NCBI GenBank assembly: GCA_951812955.1
Contig: OX638340.1
Location: 960,001 to 1,024,000 of the forward strand
Origin: an uncultured Gemmatimonadota bacterium
GTDB taxonomy: Bacteria; JAAXHH01
Reading direction: 5' to 3'
DNA length: 64,000 nt
Shown piece after piece: positions 26,991 through 37,411 of the stretch; positions within the stretch are counted from its first letter, which is position 1, and the number at the start of each line of letters is the position of its first letter. Both the position numbers and the translations under genes were made by a program. A model generated the notes under the pieces. It was not told the origin of the DNA. It saw only the letters and a list, made by a program, of their open reading frames with translations, and did no database searches.

Positions 26991-28486
26991 TGCGGCGTCT
27001 CCTGGACTGCCTGGTCTGCCTGGACTGCCTGGTCTGCCTGGTCTGCCTGGTCTGTCCGGTCTCCCTGTTCTGCCCGGTCTGCCCGGTCCGTAACCATTGC
27101 CATCAGGGTCGCTTCGGCGACGAGTTCATCGTTCACGTATGCCTTCCCTTCCATCTTGCAGGCGTGCATGCGCATTCGTTTCAGTTCCAATTCGAAGCGG
27201 ATCTGGTCGCCGGGTTTTACCAGTCTTCGAAACCTGGCATGATCGATGCCCATGAAATACGCCATTTTGCTCTTCGGTTCTTCAATCGTATTGAGCAGTA
27301 GCAGACCTCCGGCCTGTGCCATGGCCTCAACGATCAGGACGCCCGGCATGACGGGATGGCCAGGGAAGTGGCCCGCGAAAAAGGGCTCGTTGATAGTCAC
27401 GTTCTTGAGCGCTACCACGCGTTTCCCCGGTTCCATCTGGATTACCCGGTCGATGAGCAGAAAGGGATATCGATGGGGGAGAATGCGCAGGATGTCCTCG
27501 ATTTCGAGGACCGCTTCGGGTGCCGGCGCCGGTGAATCCATATTCCCTTTTTCCGGTTTCCTCTTAACGCCCGCATCGCGAATCCTTCGCACGAGCTCGA
27601 CGTTGGCGGAGTGGGAGGACCGCGCTCCGAACACCTGAGCCCTGAGCGGCGCTCCGAGCAGGGCCAGGTCGCCGATCAAGTCGAGCGCCTTGTGCCGGCA
27701 CGGTTCGTTGTCGAAGCGCAGCGGCCGGGTGCCCACAATTCCGTTCTCGCCGATGACCACCCTGTCCTCCACGCCGAACAGATCCTTCAACTCATCCAGT
27801 TCCTCCTCGGACAGGTCCATGTCCGCGATGACCACCGCGCTTTCCAGGCTGCCGCCCTTGATCAGCCCCTTTTCACGCAGGGCCTTGATGTCACTGAGGA
27901 AGGTCCAGGTCCGTGCCGGCGCGAATTCGGTTACGAACTCGTCTTCCAGGGAATAGAGCACGGTGTGCTGGCTGGCGAGATTTGATTTCTGGTAGTCGAC
28001 CATGTAAGTGAGATGGAAATCATCGGAAGGCATGACGACGAGTTCCTTCAACAGGCCGTTTTCCCGCTCCGAATAGAGCACGGGATTTTCCAGTTCCAGG
28101 TATTCCCTGGGCGCGTCTTGTTCGACGATTCCGGCTTCGATCAACGCGTTCACGAAAGGAATGGCGCTGCCGTCGCAAATCGGTGGCTCATCGCCGTCCA
28201 GCTCGATCCGGATGTTGTCCAGTCCCAGGCCCGCGACGGCGGCCAGGACGTGTTCCACGGTGTGTATCCGTACCCCGTCCCGTGCCAGGTTCGTCCCCCT
28301 GGTGGTATCGACCACGTAGTCGATATCCGCAGGGATTTCCAACCGGTCGGGATGGTCGACGCGTATAAACCGGATCCCGTCGTTAACGGTACCCGGCCTG
28401 AAAGTCAGCGTCGCCTGCCCGCCGGTATGCAAGCCTATTCCCTCAACGGATCTGGTGGATCCAATGGTACGTTGATTTTTAAGCAT
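26987..28486 (-). CDS. lpxC-fabZ: Bifunctional UDP-3-O-acyl-GlcNAc deacetylase / 3-hydroxyacyl-ACP dehydratase (LpxC-FabZ fusion)
   Basis: The N-terminal domain has LpxC motifs (HTVEHVLAA, ICDGSA). The C-terminal domain has the FabZ hotdog motif (FFAGHFPGHPVMPGVL). A C-terminal low-complexity (DQA)n tail follows. Confidence 0.9.
   Translation of the reverse strand: MLKNQRTIGSTRSVEGIGLHTGGQATLTFRPGTVNDGIRFIRVDHPDRLEIPADIDYVVDTTRGTNLARDGVRIHTVEHVLAAVAGLGLDNIRIELDGDEPPICDGSAIPFVNALIEAGIVEQDAPREYLELENPVLYSERENGLLKELVVMPSDDFHLTYMVDYQKSNLASQHTVLYSLEDEFVTEFAPARTWTFLSDIKALREKGLIKGGSLESAVVIADMDLSEEELDELKDLFGVEDRVVIGENGIVGTRPLRFDNEPCRHKALDLIGDLALLGAPLRAQVFGARSSHSANVELVRRIRDAGVKRKPEKGNMDSPAPAPEAVLEIEDILRILPHRYPFLLIDRVIQMEPGKRVVALKNVTINEPFFAGHFPGHPVMPGVLIVEAMAQAGGLLLLNTIEEPKSKMAYFMGIDHARFRRLVKPGDQIRFELELKRMRMHACKMEGKAYVNDELVAEATLMAMVTDRADRAEQGDRTDQADQADQAVQADQAVQETPQ
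26999..27088. repeat. In-frame 9-bp tandem repeat (GGTCTGCCT-like, ~10 copies) encoding the (DQA)n C-terminal tail of LpxC-FabZ
   Basis: cctggactgcctggtctgcctggactgcctggtctgcctggtctgcctggtctgtccggtctccctgttctgcccggtctgcccggtcc, read directly. Confidence 0.85.
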
Positions 28487-28492
28487 GTGCCG

Positions 28493-29554
28493 CTACTTTC
28501 CAGTTTCCTGTGGGTTCCGTTCTCCCCGCCCCGGGCTTTCGAGCGCCTTGACCCGCGTCTCCAGGGTCTGGATCTGTTGCAGCAGGTCCGGCAGACGCTT
28601 GATGGCCGCCTCTATTCTCCTGGCCTGGTTGTGCGGACGGGCGGGATAGCCCGACACGGTCGATCCGGAGGGGATGGACTTGGTCACACCGGCCTGGCCG
28701 CCGATCCTGGAGCCGGCGCCGACATGGATGTGATCCGAGAGTCCGGCCTGCCCACCGATGAGGGTCCCCGATTCAACCACCGTGCTTCCCGCGATACCCA
28801 CCTGGGCGCATATCGTGACGTGATCGCCGATCACGACGTTATGGCCGATCTGAACCAGGTTGTCGATCTTGGTGCCGCGGCCGATGCGGGTCATGCCCAT
28901 TGTCGCTCGGTCGATCGTCGAATTCGCTCCGATCTCCACGTCGTCACCGATTTCAACGCCGCCGACCTGCGGAATCTTGATCGCTCCTTTATCGCCCTGG
29001 AAATAGCCGAAGCCATCACTCCCGATTACGACGCCGCCGTGGACGATAACACCATTGCCCAGTGAAACCAGGTCGTAAAGTGTCGCGTTGGCGAATATCC
29101 ACGTGCCTTCGCCGATCCTGCATCGGGCGCCGATCGCCACATTCGTGCCGATACAGGCCCGTTTGCCCACCGTGGTGTGCGGACCTATCGACGCATGGGG
29201 GCCGATGTCCGCCTCGTCATCGACGTCCGCCGAAGGATGGATGCTGGCCGTCGGGTGAATCCCGCCTTCCGCGGGACGATGTCCGACGAAATAGGTCGTC
29301 AGCAAGGTAGCCAGGGCGACCTCGGGAGACGCCACGCGTATGATCGGGACCGGAGCGCGATCGATTTCACGGGAGACGATGACCGCCGTAGCCTCCGTCG
29401 ACTCAAGACGCCGGCTTTGCCGTGCGTTGATCAGTACGGAGATTGAACCCTTGCCGGCCTCGTCAAGCGGCGCCACGCTTTCGATGATGCACGATCCGTC
29501 ACCGATGAGCTCGCCCTGGACCTGCGTCGCGATATCTGCCAGCTTCTGTCGCAT
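28493..29554 (-). CDS. lpxD: UDP-3-O-(3-hydroxyacyl)glucosamine N-acyltransferase LpxD
   Basis: LpxD N-terminal domain plus a long hexapeptide-repeat beta-helix. 353 aa. Confidence 0.9.
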   Translation of the reverse strand: MRQKLADIATQVQGELIGDGSCIIESVAPLDEAGKGSISVLINARQSRRLESTEATAVIVSREIDRAPVPIIRVASPEVALATLLTTYFVGHRPAEGGIHPTASIHPSADVDDEADIGPHASIGPHTTVGKRACIGTNVAIGARCRIGEGTWIFANATLYDLVSLGNGVIVHGGVVIGSDGFGYFQGDKGAIKIPQVGGVEIGDDVEIGANSTIDRATMGMTRIGRGTKIDNLVQIGHNVVIGDHVTICAQVGIAGSTVVESGTLIGGQAGLSDHIHVGAGSRIGGQAGVTKSIPSGSTVSGYPARPHNQARRIEAAIKRLPDLLQQIQTLETRVKALESPGRGERNPQETGK

Positions 29555-29560
29555 CAGTGG

Positions 29561-30091
29561 TTAATTGGCTTCCTTTTGCAGTTCTTCCAGGACCTGTCCG
29601 GTAAGGTCCTGCGCTCTCAGCGGATCCACGTAAATAAGCGACCCGGCATCGAAGATATACGTATAGTTTTCCGCCTTGGCCAGGGTCTGCACCACATTGA
29701 AAATGGACTCCTGCAAAGGCCGGGTCAATTCCATTTCCTGTTGTGCGAGTTGCATTTGCGAAGTCTGAGCGAACTGCATGAGTTCCTGTTCCTTCTGCTG
29801 GATATTCTGCTCGTCCTGCTGCCGCCTGGCCGCGGTCAGCATGGTCTTGCGGGCTTCGTACTGCTGCTTGAGCATTTCAACTTCCTGCTGCCTGCTCTGC
29901 ACCTGTTCCTGCATGTCCATCGCTACCTTCTGGTAGGCTTCTTCGGCATCCCTGAACCCCTGGTACGACTGGCGCAGACGCTCCATATCGAGATAGCCGA
30001 TTTTCAGTTCCTGGCCCTGGGCCATAGCCGGCAGCAGCATAGCGACGGCGAGAATGGCCGCAGCGCGAATCATTCCTTTCATTGAAACCAT
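29561..30091 (-). CDS. skp: Periplasmic chaperone Skp (OmpH family)
   Basis: Signal peptide MVSMKGMIRAAAILAVAML and a Q/E-rich coiled-coil body. GGAGGA RBS 7 nt upstream of the ATG at 30091. The track ORF extends to 30157, overlapping bamA. Confidence 0.8.
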   Translation of the reverse strand: MVSMKGMIRAAAILAVAMLLPAMAQGQELKIGYLDMERLRQSYQGFRDAEEAYQKVAMDMQEQVQSRQQEVEMLKQQYEARKTMLTAARRQQDEQNIQQKEQELMQFAQTSQMQLAQQEMELTRPLQESIFNVVQTLAKAENYTYIFDAGSLIYVDPLRAQDLTGQVLEELQKEAN

Positions 30092-30140
30092 GAATTTCCT
30101 CCTCGAAGGCCGGATCGCTCCGGTAAACTGGGCGAACGGA

Positions 30141-32582
30141 TCAGAACATCTGTCCAAGCTGAAAATGCGTATTCCAGCCGCTTCGCTTTTTCTGAAGGGC
30201 CTGGATCGGGTCCGACGGTTTGTCGAATCCGTAACCGACGTCGAAGCCCAGCAGTCCCACCAAAGGCATGATTACGCGGATACCGAGCCCCACCGATTTC
30301 TTCATATTGCCCAGCGTTGGCGTGGCGTCCGAAAGCTTCGCCCATGAATTACCGGCCTCGATGAACGCCACGGCATATACCGGCTGTTGTGACCTGAGCT
30401 GATCGATGATCGGAACCTGGTACTCCAGGGTGAAGATGCTCATCGCCCGTCCTCCGTCCCGGTTGCTGGTTCCATCGCCCAGTTCGGTATAGGGACCGAC
30501 GGAGTTATTGCCGTACCCGCGGATCATGCCATCGAAACTGACCCCTCCCGGAAAGAACCTCTCGAAAAACGGGACCTCCCGGTCGTTGAATGGGTTCACG
30601 GCCAGGGCATACCTCCCCCTGAGAGATATGGACGTGCCCTTGAACAGGGGTAAGTAGAAATCCGATTCCAAGGTCTGCTTGAGGAATTTCACGTCGCCTC
30701 CAACACCGGCTACATCGCTGCGGTACGTTTGACGCATGCCGCTCGTGGCAAACTGGGGGAAATCGCGGCTGTCGCGCGTAACGGTGAAGGTAACCTGGCT
30801 GGTCAGGCCGCTGTTGGATTCGTAGGATTCCCGCTGGCGGATATTAGAGTTGATGGCCGAGATTTGTGTTTCCGCCAGGGAGGAGTCCTCCAGGGCCGAC
30901 GCGTAGTAGCGCTCGCTGAAACCGGTGTACGCCAGGTCGAAAAACCGATAGGCTCCGTTAATGCGCCAGTACGTGCCACGGAAGCGGCGCCCGACGGACA
31001 GCCCGAATCCCTTCTGAATGATATTGAATTCCCGGAACCACTGCCTGTTCGTTCGGAAGACGTCGATGCCGGCGCTGGTCGGCGTATCGAACAGCCAGGG
31101 CTCGACGAAACTCGTCGAAATGGAATTGCGCCTGGCGCCGAATTCCCAGTTGAAATTCAGGTTCTGGCCGTTGCCCAGGAAGTTCGGAACGATCATGGAT
31201 ATCGTACCCACGAGCCCGTCGAACCCGCTGTAGCCGGCGCCGGCGTTTGCCGTCCCCGTCGGCTTCTCCAGGACGGTGAAGGTGACGTCCACGTTTCCGT
31301 CCGGAAGGGGTTGCAAAGCGGGCTGGACGTCCTGGAAGTAATTCAACTGGAACACGTCCCGCTGGCTTCTGAGCAGCACCGAACGGCGAAAGAACTGGCC
31401 GGGCTTGATCAACAGTTCCCGCCGTATGACTTTGTCCTTCGTCTTGGTGTTTCCCACGATGTCGATACGATGAACCTTGGCCGGTTCCCCTTCGTTGACC
31501 GCGAAGTTCAGGTCAATCGTGGAGTCATTGGCCGCCGATTCCCGGGCGATGGGGGTGGCGTACAGATAGCCGAGTTCGCCGTACGCCTCGTATATGGTCG
31601 ACACGCTTTCCTGGTATTCTTCTTCATTGAACGGTTTACCCGCGTCGATCTTGATGAGACTGGTCAGTTGTTCATTGGTAAACTTCGTGTTCCCCTCGAA
31701 TGCGACGTCCCCAAGGTAATACCGTTTTCCTTCGTTGATCCCCACCTTGAGGTACATTCGCTTTTTGTCCGCACTGAACCAGAGCGTATCCTCCACGACT
31801 TCCGCGTCTCTGAATCCGTGCTTGCGGTATTCCTGGACGATTTTCTCGAATTGGTCCAGCAGGCGTTCCCGGCGCAGGTCGCCCTCTTTCCAGAAATGCT
31901 CTTCCTCCATGTCCGATTTCTTGCGAAACGCCTCCTGCAACTGCTTTTCCGGGACGGACACATTGTTTTCGATAAAGATCTCGCCCAGCTTCACCTTTTC
32001 GCCTTCATCGACTTCAACACGCAAGATCGCGTTGTTTCTTTCCACGAGGACGCGCGGATTCAGCGTGGCGAGCAGGTATCCTTTTTCGTAGTAGGCCTGG
32101 GTAATGTTGTCCAGGACGCTTTTTCTTCGGAAGGGAGACAGGGCCTGGCCCTGGAAGATGCCGGATATGCGTTCGAGTTCGTCGTCCTTAATCTTATCGT
32201 TGCCCTCGAACTCCAGGCGGTCCAGCAGCGGGTACTCCTTGACGTTTACCGTCAGGATCAAACCCGTTGCGCCCCTGCTGGCATAGATGCGAATGTCCTC
32301 GAAAAGGCCCAGCCGGTACAGTTGTTTGATCGTGGTCGCACCATCGCGGGGATTGTACAGGTTCCCCGCTTTCAGCGCGGTCATCGACCGGATGAGGGGT
32401 TCATCGACGTTGGCGTGTCCCTCGATCAGCACCTCGGCGATCAAAGGTTGCTGCTGTTGTCCGTATACTTTCGGGGGGTGCACGGATGCGGAGGCAAGAA
32501 TCCCGCCCGTCAGGACCAGGACCAGGAAGGATTTAACGTACATGAATGGCTTTGGAGACACTGATAAAAATTTCCCGTTCAT
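30141..32582 (-). CDS. bamA: Outer membrane protein assembly factor BamA
   Basis: Five POTRA-like repeats followed by an Omp85 beta-barrel ending in ...HFQLGQMF. 813 aa (start may be the internal Met at 32543). Confidence 0.9.
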   Translation of the reverse strand: MNGKFLSVSPKPFMYVKSFLVLVLTGGILASASVHPPKVYGQQQQPLIAEVLIEGHANVDEPLIRSMTALKAGNLYNPRDGATTIKQLYRLGLFEDIRIYASRGATGLILTVNVKEYPLLDRLEFEGNDKIKDDELERISGIFQGQALSPFRRKSVLDNITQAYYEKGYLLATLNPRVLVERNNAILRVEVDEGEKVKLGEIFIENNVSVPEKQLQEAFRKKSDMEEEHFWKEGDLRRERLLDQFEKIVQEYRKHGFRDAEVVEDTLWFSADKKRMYLKVGINEGKRYYLGDVAFEGNTKFTNEQLTSLIKIDAGKPFNEEEYQESVSTIYEAYGELGYLYATPIARESAANDSTIDLNFAVNEGEPAKVHRIDIVGNTKTKDKVIRRELLIKPGQFFRRSVLLRSQRDVFQLNYFQDVQPALQPLPDGNVDVTFTVLEKPTGTANAGAGYSGFDGLVGTISMIVPNFLGNGQNLNFNWEFGARRNSISTSFVEPWLFDTPTSAGIDVFRTNRQWFREFNIIQKGFGLSVGRRFRGTYWRINGAYRFFDLAYTGFSERYYASALEDSSLAETQISAINSNIRQRESYESNSGLTSQVTFTVTRDSRDFPQFATSGMRQTYRSDVAGVGGDVKFLKQTLESDFYLPLFKGTSISLRGRYALAVNPFNDREVPFFERFFPGGVSFDGMIRGYGNNSVGPYTELGDGTSNRDGGRAMSIFTLEYQVPIIDQLRSQQPVYAVAFIEAGNSWAKLSDATPTLGNMKKSVGLGIRVIMPLVGLLGFDVGYGFDKPSDPIQALQKKRSGWNTHFQLGQMF

Positions 32583-32722
32583 GCGGGTAGTCGAGCGGCG
32601 GAAACAGCCTGTCGGCGTGAACGCCGCGCAAAGAAACCGGCTGTCGATTCAACGCGCTTCCCGCCGCCGGGTTCCCGCCACCGGCGCTAAAACCGGAGGT
32701 GTCCGGCCAGTTGGCCCGCGTT

Positions 32723-35194
32723 TCAGGCTTCCGATTCGGAGAGTACGGGCGCTTTGGCGGAATCAGAAGTCTCGGCTTTGTAGAACGTCAGGTTTTCTCC
32801 CTTTTTGCCTACCCTGATTTCATCGCCGTCGCCGAACGTGCCCTTCAACAGTTCCTCCGCAAGCGGGTCCTCGAGCATACGCTGTATGGTCTGGTTCATG
32901 AACCGTGCGTTGTAGACCGGGTCATACCCCTTCTCGGCCAGCAGTTCCCGCGCATTCTGCGTCAATGAGATGCGGATTCCCCTTTCGGTCATCCTTTCGT
33001 TGATCTCCTTGAGCTGCAGATCGATAATGCGGGAGATATCGGATGGATTCAACTGGCGAAAAACCAGTGATTCATCGAGCCGGTTCAGGAATTCCGGATT
33101 GAACAGCTTCTTCACCTCTTCCTTCACCGTGGCTTCCATCTTTCCGTAGTCGACCTTCGATCCATCCTGCTGGAAACCCAGGCCCCCGGCCTTGTTGATG
33201 TCGCGGGTCCCAAGATTGGAGGTCATGATGATGATGGTGTTGCGGAAGTCCACCCGGCGGCCGTTGCTGTCGGTCAGCGTGCCCTCGTCCAGGATCTGAA
33301 GGAGGATATTGAACACGTCCGGGTGCGCCTTTTCGACCTCGTCCAGCAGAATGACGGAATAGGGCTTGCGCCGCACCTTCTCCGACAGGTGCCCGCCTTC
33401 GTTGAATCCGACGTAACCCGGAGGGGCGCCGATCAGGCGAGAGACATTGAACTTCTCCATGTACTCGGACATGTCGATGAAGACGAGGGCGTCGCCGTCC
33501 TGAAAGAGGAAGGACGCCAGCACCTTGGCCAGTTCCGTCTTGCCCACGCCGGTGGGTCCGAGAAATAGAAACGATCCGATGGGCCGATTGGGGTTCTTCA
33601 GTCCGGAGCGCGACCGCCGGATGGCCTTGCTCAGCACACGGATGGCCATGTCCTGGCCGATGACCCGTTTCTTAAGCTCGTCCTCCATGCGCAGCAGGCT
33701 CCTGGATTCCTGCTCTTCGAGCCGGAAAACCGGAATGCCCGTCATGCTGGCGATGATCTGCGCCATGTCGTTCTCGTTGACGATCACGACTTCATCGGAA
33801 ACCCGTTCGCGCCAGGCCATAAACGCCTCGTCATACTCGCGCTGCAACTCCTCCTGACGGTCACGCAAGGCGGCCGCGCGTTCGAACTCCTGCTGCTGGG
33901 CGGCTTCCACTTTCTTGCCCTGTATGGCCTGAAGCTGCTCCTCGATCTCGCGGATTTCTTCCGGAACCGTCATCTTGGACAGCTGCGCCTTGGAACCGGC
34001 TTCGTCGATGATGTCGATGGCCTTGTCCGGGAGGAAACGGTCCTTGATGTACCGGTCGGACTGCTTTACCGCGAACTCGAGGGCATCGTCCGTGTACTTG
34101 ACGTGGTGGTATTCTTCGAATCGGCTGCGCAGCCCTTTGAGCATGTCGATGGTTTCCTCGATGCTCGGCTGGTCCACGATTACCTTCTGGAACCGGCGTT
34201 CGAGCGCTCCGTCCTTTTCGATGTGCTTGCGGTACTCGTCGAGCGTCGTGGCGCCGATGCACTGCAGTTCGCCCCGTGCGAGCGCCGGCTTGAAGATATT
34301 GGCGGCGTCGAGGCTGCCCTCGGCGCCGCCCGCGCCGACGATGGAATGCAGTTCGTCGATGAAAATAATCACCTCGTCCGACTTGGTGATTTCGGCCATG
34401 AGAGATTTCAGCCGGTCCTCGAACTGGCCCCGGTACTTGGTCCCGGCCACAATCGAGGCCATGTCCAGCGTCACGACGCGCTTGTTCTCCAGGATCTGGG
34501 GAACGCTGCGCTGCACGATGCGCTGCGCGAGCCCTTCGGCGATTGCGGTCTTGCCCACGCCGGGCTCGCCGATCAGCGCCGGGTTGTTCTTCTTCCGCCG
34601 GCTGAGGATCTGGGTGACCCGTTCGATTTCCTTGTCGCGCCCGATGACCGGATCGAGCTTGCTTTCACGCGCCATTTCGGTCAGGTCGCGCCCGAAATGA
34701 TCGAGGAAGGGCGTCCGGCTGCGTTGCGCGTCCTTCTTGGTAACCGAACGGTCGTTCTGGATATTCTGGATCTCTTCCTTGATTTTCTCGAACGTCACGT
34801 CGTAGGTCGAAAGGATCTGGGACGCAATGCCCTGCTTGTCCCGTACCAGCGCGAGCAACAGGTGCTCGGTCCCCACGTATTTCGATTTCATGTTGTTGGC
34901 TTCGTGCGCGGCGATCTCCAGGGCCTGTTTCGCTCTCGGCGTAAAGGGGACCTGGCCGATCGTGAGCGCGCTCGACTGGGATACAGTGGCTTCCTCGATG
35001 GACTGACGGAGGTCTTCGAGATCGATGCCCATATTGCGCAGCATGGCGGCCGCGGTCCCTTCGCCATCCCTGATAAAGGCCAGCAGCAGGTGTTCCGTGG
35101 CGATGTAGTCATGCTGGAGCCTGGCGGCTTCTTCCCGGGCTATGTGCATCACCCGTTTGAACCGTTCCGTGAACTTGTTATTTCCCTGTGGCAC
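32723..35194 (-). CDS. clpC: ATP-dependent Clp protease ATP-binding subunit ClpC
   Basis: Two AAA+ modules ([16 protein letters not shown]), N-terminal Clp_N repeats and a UVR motif in the middle domain. 823 aa. Confidence 0.9.
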   Translation of the reverse strand: MPQGNNKFTERFKRVMHIAREEAARLQHDYIATEHLLLAFIRDGEGTAAAMLRNMGIDLEDLRQSIEEATVSQSSALTIGQVPFTPRAKQALEIAAHEANNMKSKYVGTEHLLLALVRDKQGIASQILSTYDVTFEKIKEEIQNIQNDRSVTKKDAQRSRTPFLDHFGRDLTEMARESKLDPVIGRDKEIERVTQILSRRKKNNPALIGEPGVGKTAIAEGLAQRIVQRSVPQILENKRVVTLDMASIVAGTKYRGQFEDRLKSLMAEITKSDEVIIFIDELHSIVGAGGAEGSLDAANIFKPALARGELQCIGATTLDEYRKHIEKDGALERRFQKVIVDQPSIEETIDMLKGLRSRFEEYHHVKYTDDALEFAVKQSDRYIKDRFLPDKAIDIIDEAGSKAQLSKMTVPEEIREIEEQLQAIQGKKVEAAQQQEFERAAALRDRQEELQREYDEAFMAWRERVSDEVVIVNENDMAQIIASMTGIPVFRLEEQESRSLLRMEDELKKRVIGQDMAIRVLSKAIRRSRSGLKNPNRPIGSFLFLGPTGVGKTELAKVLASFLFQDGDALVFIDMSEYMEKFNVSRLIGAPPGYVGFNEGGHLSEKVRRKPYSVILLDEVEKAHPDVFNILLQILDEGTLTDSNGRRVDFRNTIIIMTSNLGTRDINKAGGLGFQQDGSKVDYGKMEATVKEEVKKLFNPEFLNRLDESLVFRQLNPSDISRIIDLQLKEINERMTERGIRISLTQNARELLAEKGYDPVYNARFMNQTIQRMLEDPLAEELLKGTFGDGDEIRVGKKGENLTFYKAETSDSAKAPVLSESEA

Positions 35195-35257
35195 CTCGGC
35201 ATCCCTCCCTTCGAGTGCCGGACAACGAAATCCCGGCGGCTGTTTGCGTATTCACTC

Positions 35258-36313
35258 TCAGAACCTCAAGTGTTCCCTTACCAGTTCCGCGCGTCGTTCT
35301 TCCAGTTCCTCATCCGTCAATTCACGTCCCGAGGTCATCCGGATATGCGCGGGCTGCACCGCGATCATCAGTTGATTGAAAGCACTGGATTCCATGCCCT
35401 TGAAGATCCGCAGGTACGCACCCATCCGAAGCATGGACAGCGCATCCATCGCTTCCATCTCTCCAAGCAACCGGGCATGCTTCAACAGGCCGTATGCCCG
35501 GGCCACCCTATCCTCCGTCTGGCGTTTCGCCCGGCTTGCCAGTGCGTCGCAGGCCCTCTCCTCGTACACGGCCAGCCGGCGCGTGACGCGATCGAGTCTT
35601 TCGACGATCTCCTGCTCGGTGTGCCCCAGTGTGCACTGGTTGGATACCTGGTACATGTTGCCGGATCTTCCGGTGCCCTCGCCATATAAACCGCGCACCG
35701 TGAATCCGATTTCCTCCATGGCGCGTCCCAGGGGATCCATCTGATCCGCCAGGGTCAAACCCGGCAGATGGATCAATACCGAAAGGCGCATTCCGGTACC
35801 GGTGTTACTCGGACAGGACGTTAAGTAACCAAACTCATCTGAGAAGGCAAAATCAAGTGTTTTGCTCAGTTCGGTATCGATTTTATCCGCTTCCTGCCAG
35901 GCGGCGCATACCTGCAGCCCGCCTTTTATTGTCTGGAGACGGAGGTGGTCCTCCTCATTCACCATGAGACTGAAGGTTTCGCCGGGGCCGATGAACACGC
36001 CGGCAGGCCGCGTTCCGTCCGCCAGGGCCGGACTGATCAGCCGTCTCTCGACCAGTACCCTGCGGTCCAGTTCAGACGTATCCAGTAGCGAGAGGTACAC
36101 CGGCCGCGCCACATTGTCGCTGCATTGGACGGCTTTCTCCACCTGTTCGATCACGCGGAAGCGCTCGTTCTTGATAGTACGATGAACGAAAGGCAGGGTG
36201 GTCAGGTTTCGCGCCAGCCGGGCGCGGCTGCTGATCACCAGTTCCGCCGTTTCGCCATCGTGCACGCACCATTGCGGCAGGTCGACCAACAGATCGGTAT
36301 ACAGGTTCTCCAT
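35258..36313 (-). CDS. mcsB: Protein-arginine kinase McsB (ATP:guanido phosphotransferase family)
   Basis: Phosphagen-kinase-like core with CPSNTGTGMRLSV. Likely start MENLYTDLL at 36313. The track ORF extends to 36364. Confidence 0.8.
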   Translation of the reverse strand: MENLYTDLLVDLPQWCVHDGETAELVISSRARLARNLTTLPFVHRTIKNERFRVIEQVEKAVQCSDNVARPVYLSLLDTSELDRRVLVERRLISPALADGTRPAGVFIGPGETFSLMVNEEDHLRLQTIKGGLQVCAAWQEADKIDTELSKTLDFAFSDEFGYLTSCPSNTGTGMRLSVLIHLPGLTLADQMDPLGRAMEEIGFTVRGLYGEGTGRSGNMYQVSNQCTLGHTEQEIVERLDRVTRRLAVYEERACDALASRAKRQTEDRVARAYGLLKHARLLGEMEAMDALSMLRMGAYLRIFKGMESSAFNQLMIAVQPAHIRMTSGRELTDEELEERRAELVREHLRF

Positions 36314-36317
36314 TTCG

Positions 36318-36641
36318 TTATCCATGCACCACGTGGCGCCGTTCCGAACCGCGCTCGAGTTCATTTATGCGGTCCCGTAACTTCGCCGCCTGTTCGTAAG
36401 CTTCCTGGCCGACGGCCTTCTTCAATGCACGCCTGAGGTCGATCAGTTCCCTCCGCGCTTGCTGCCGGGACGGATCGGAAACGGGGATCTTGCCCCGATG
36501 GAACTCATTGCCGTGAATCTGCTTGAAAAGCGGAACCAGCGTCTCCTTGAAAACACGGTAGCATGCGGCGCATCCCAACTGTCCCGATTCGCCGAATTCC
36601 GCCGCGGACATGCCGCATTGTGGGCAGGATGTGGTTCTCAT
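36318..36641 (-). CDS. mcsA: McsA-like activator of protein-arginine kinase (zinc-finger plus UVR domain)
   Basis: CPQCGM...CAACY zinc-binding pairs and a C-terminal UVR motif (EQAAKLRDRINELER). The ATG at 36641 sits 8 nt after the lolD stop. The track ORF extends upstream to 36773 through an R/G-rich stretch. Confidence 0.65.
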   Translation of the reverse strand: MRTTSCPQCGMSAAEFGESGQLGCAACYRVFKETLVPLFKQIHGNEFHRGKIPVSDPSRQQARRELIDLRRALKKAVGQEAYEQAAKLRDRINELERGSERRHVVHG

Positions 36642-36649
36642 CGCCGATC

Positions 36650-37369
36650 CTAGGCCGCCACTGCGTTCAACAGGCCGTCTTCCAGCACGTAGGCACGGTC
36701 CGCGCGCCGGCCCACGGATTCGTCGTGCGTGACGACGACGAATGCCTGGCCGTGCCTGTGGGACATTTCCCACATCAGGTTGAGCAGCGCCTCCCCGTTC
36801 CCGCGGTCCAGGTTGCCGGACGGTTCGTCCGCCAGCACGACGTGAGGCCGGGCCACCAGCGCCCGGGCCACGGCGACCCGCTGCTGTTCTCCGCCGGACA
36901 GCGCTAAAGGCTTGTGGCCGAGACGCTTTCCCAGACCCACCTCCACGAGCAGCCCTTTGGCTCTTTCACGGGCCGTGTCCCAGTCATATCTCCCCACAAG
37001 CAGGGGCATCATCACGTTTTCCAGCGCAGAGAATTCGGGGAGCAGGTGGTGGGCCTGGAAAACGAAACCCACGGTCCGGTTACGGAAACCGGCCAGTCTG
37101 TCCTCCGGGAGGTCAAAGGCATTGGTTTCGCCGATGAATACCTGTCCGGAAGTAGGCCGGTCCAGCGTCCCCAGGATATGCAGCAAGGTGCTTTTTCCCG
37201 CGCCCGATGCGCCGTGTATCGCCACGATTTGCCCGTGGTGGATTTCGAAGTCGATGCCTTTCAGGATTTCGAGCCGGCCGTCGCCTGAAAGGAATTCCCT
37301 GGTCAGGTTCCGCGCACTCAGCACTTCGTCGGTCCGGCTGTCATCCGGAATGGGCGAATCGCAGGCCAT
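36650..37369 (-). CDS. lolD: Lipoprotein-releasing system ATP-binding protein LolD
   Basis: Walker A GASGAGKST, signature LSGGEQQRVAVARAL, Walker B VLADEPSGNLD. 239 aa. Confidence 0.85.
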   Translation of the reverse strand: MACDSPIPDDSRTDEVLSARNLTREFLSGDGRLEILKGIDFEIHHGQIVAIHGASGAGKSTLLHILGTLDRPTSGQVFIGETNAFDLPEDRLAGFRNRTVGFVFQAHHLLPEFSALENVMMPLLVGRYDWDTARERAKGLLVEVGLGKRLGHKPLALSGGEQQRVAVARALVARPHVVLADEPSGNLDRGNGEALLNLMWEMSHRHGQAFVVVTHDESVGRRADRAYVLEDGLLNAVAA

Positions 37370-37411
37370 ACTGCAGCTACCAGCCTTTCCCTGTGCCTCA
37401 GGGCAGTTTCG

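Noticed and set aside
32583-32722. Possible small gene between bamA and clpC
   Set aside because: The only ORF (32699..32968+) is antisense to clpC and R-rich. The region is best explained as the bamA promoter or leader.
36642-36773. N-terminal 44 codons of the track ORF for mcsA (MGNVPQARPGIRRRHARR...)
   Set aside because: R/G-rich and overlapping the 3' end of lolD. The conserved zinc-finger protein begins at the internal ATG 36641 with an AGGA upstream.
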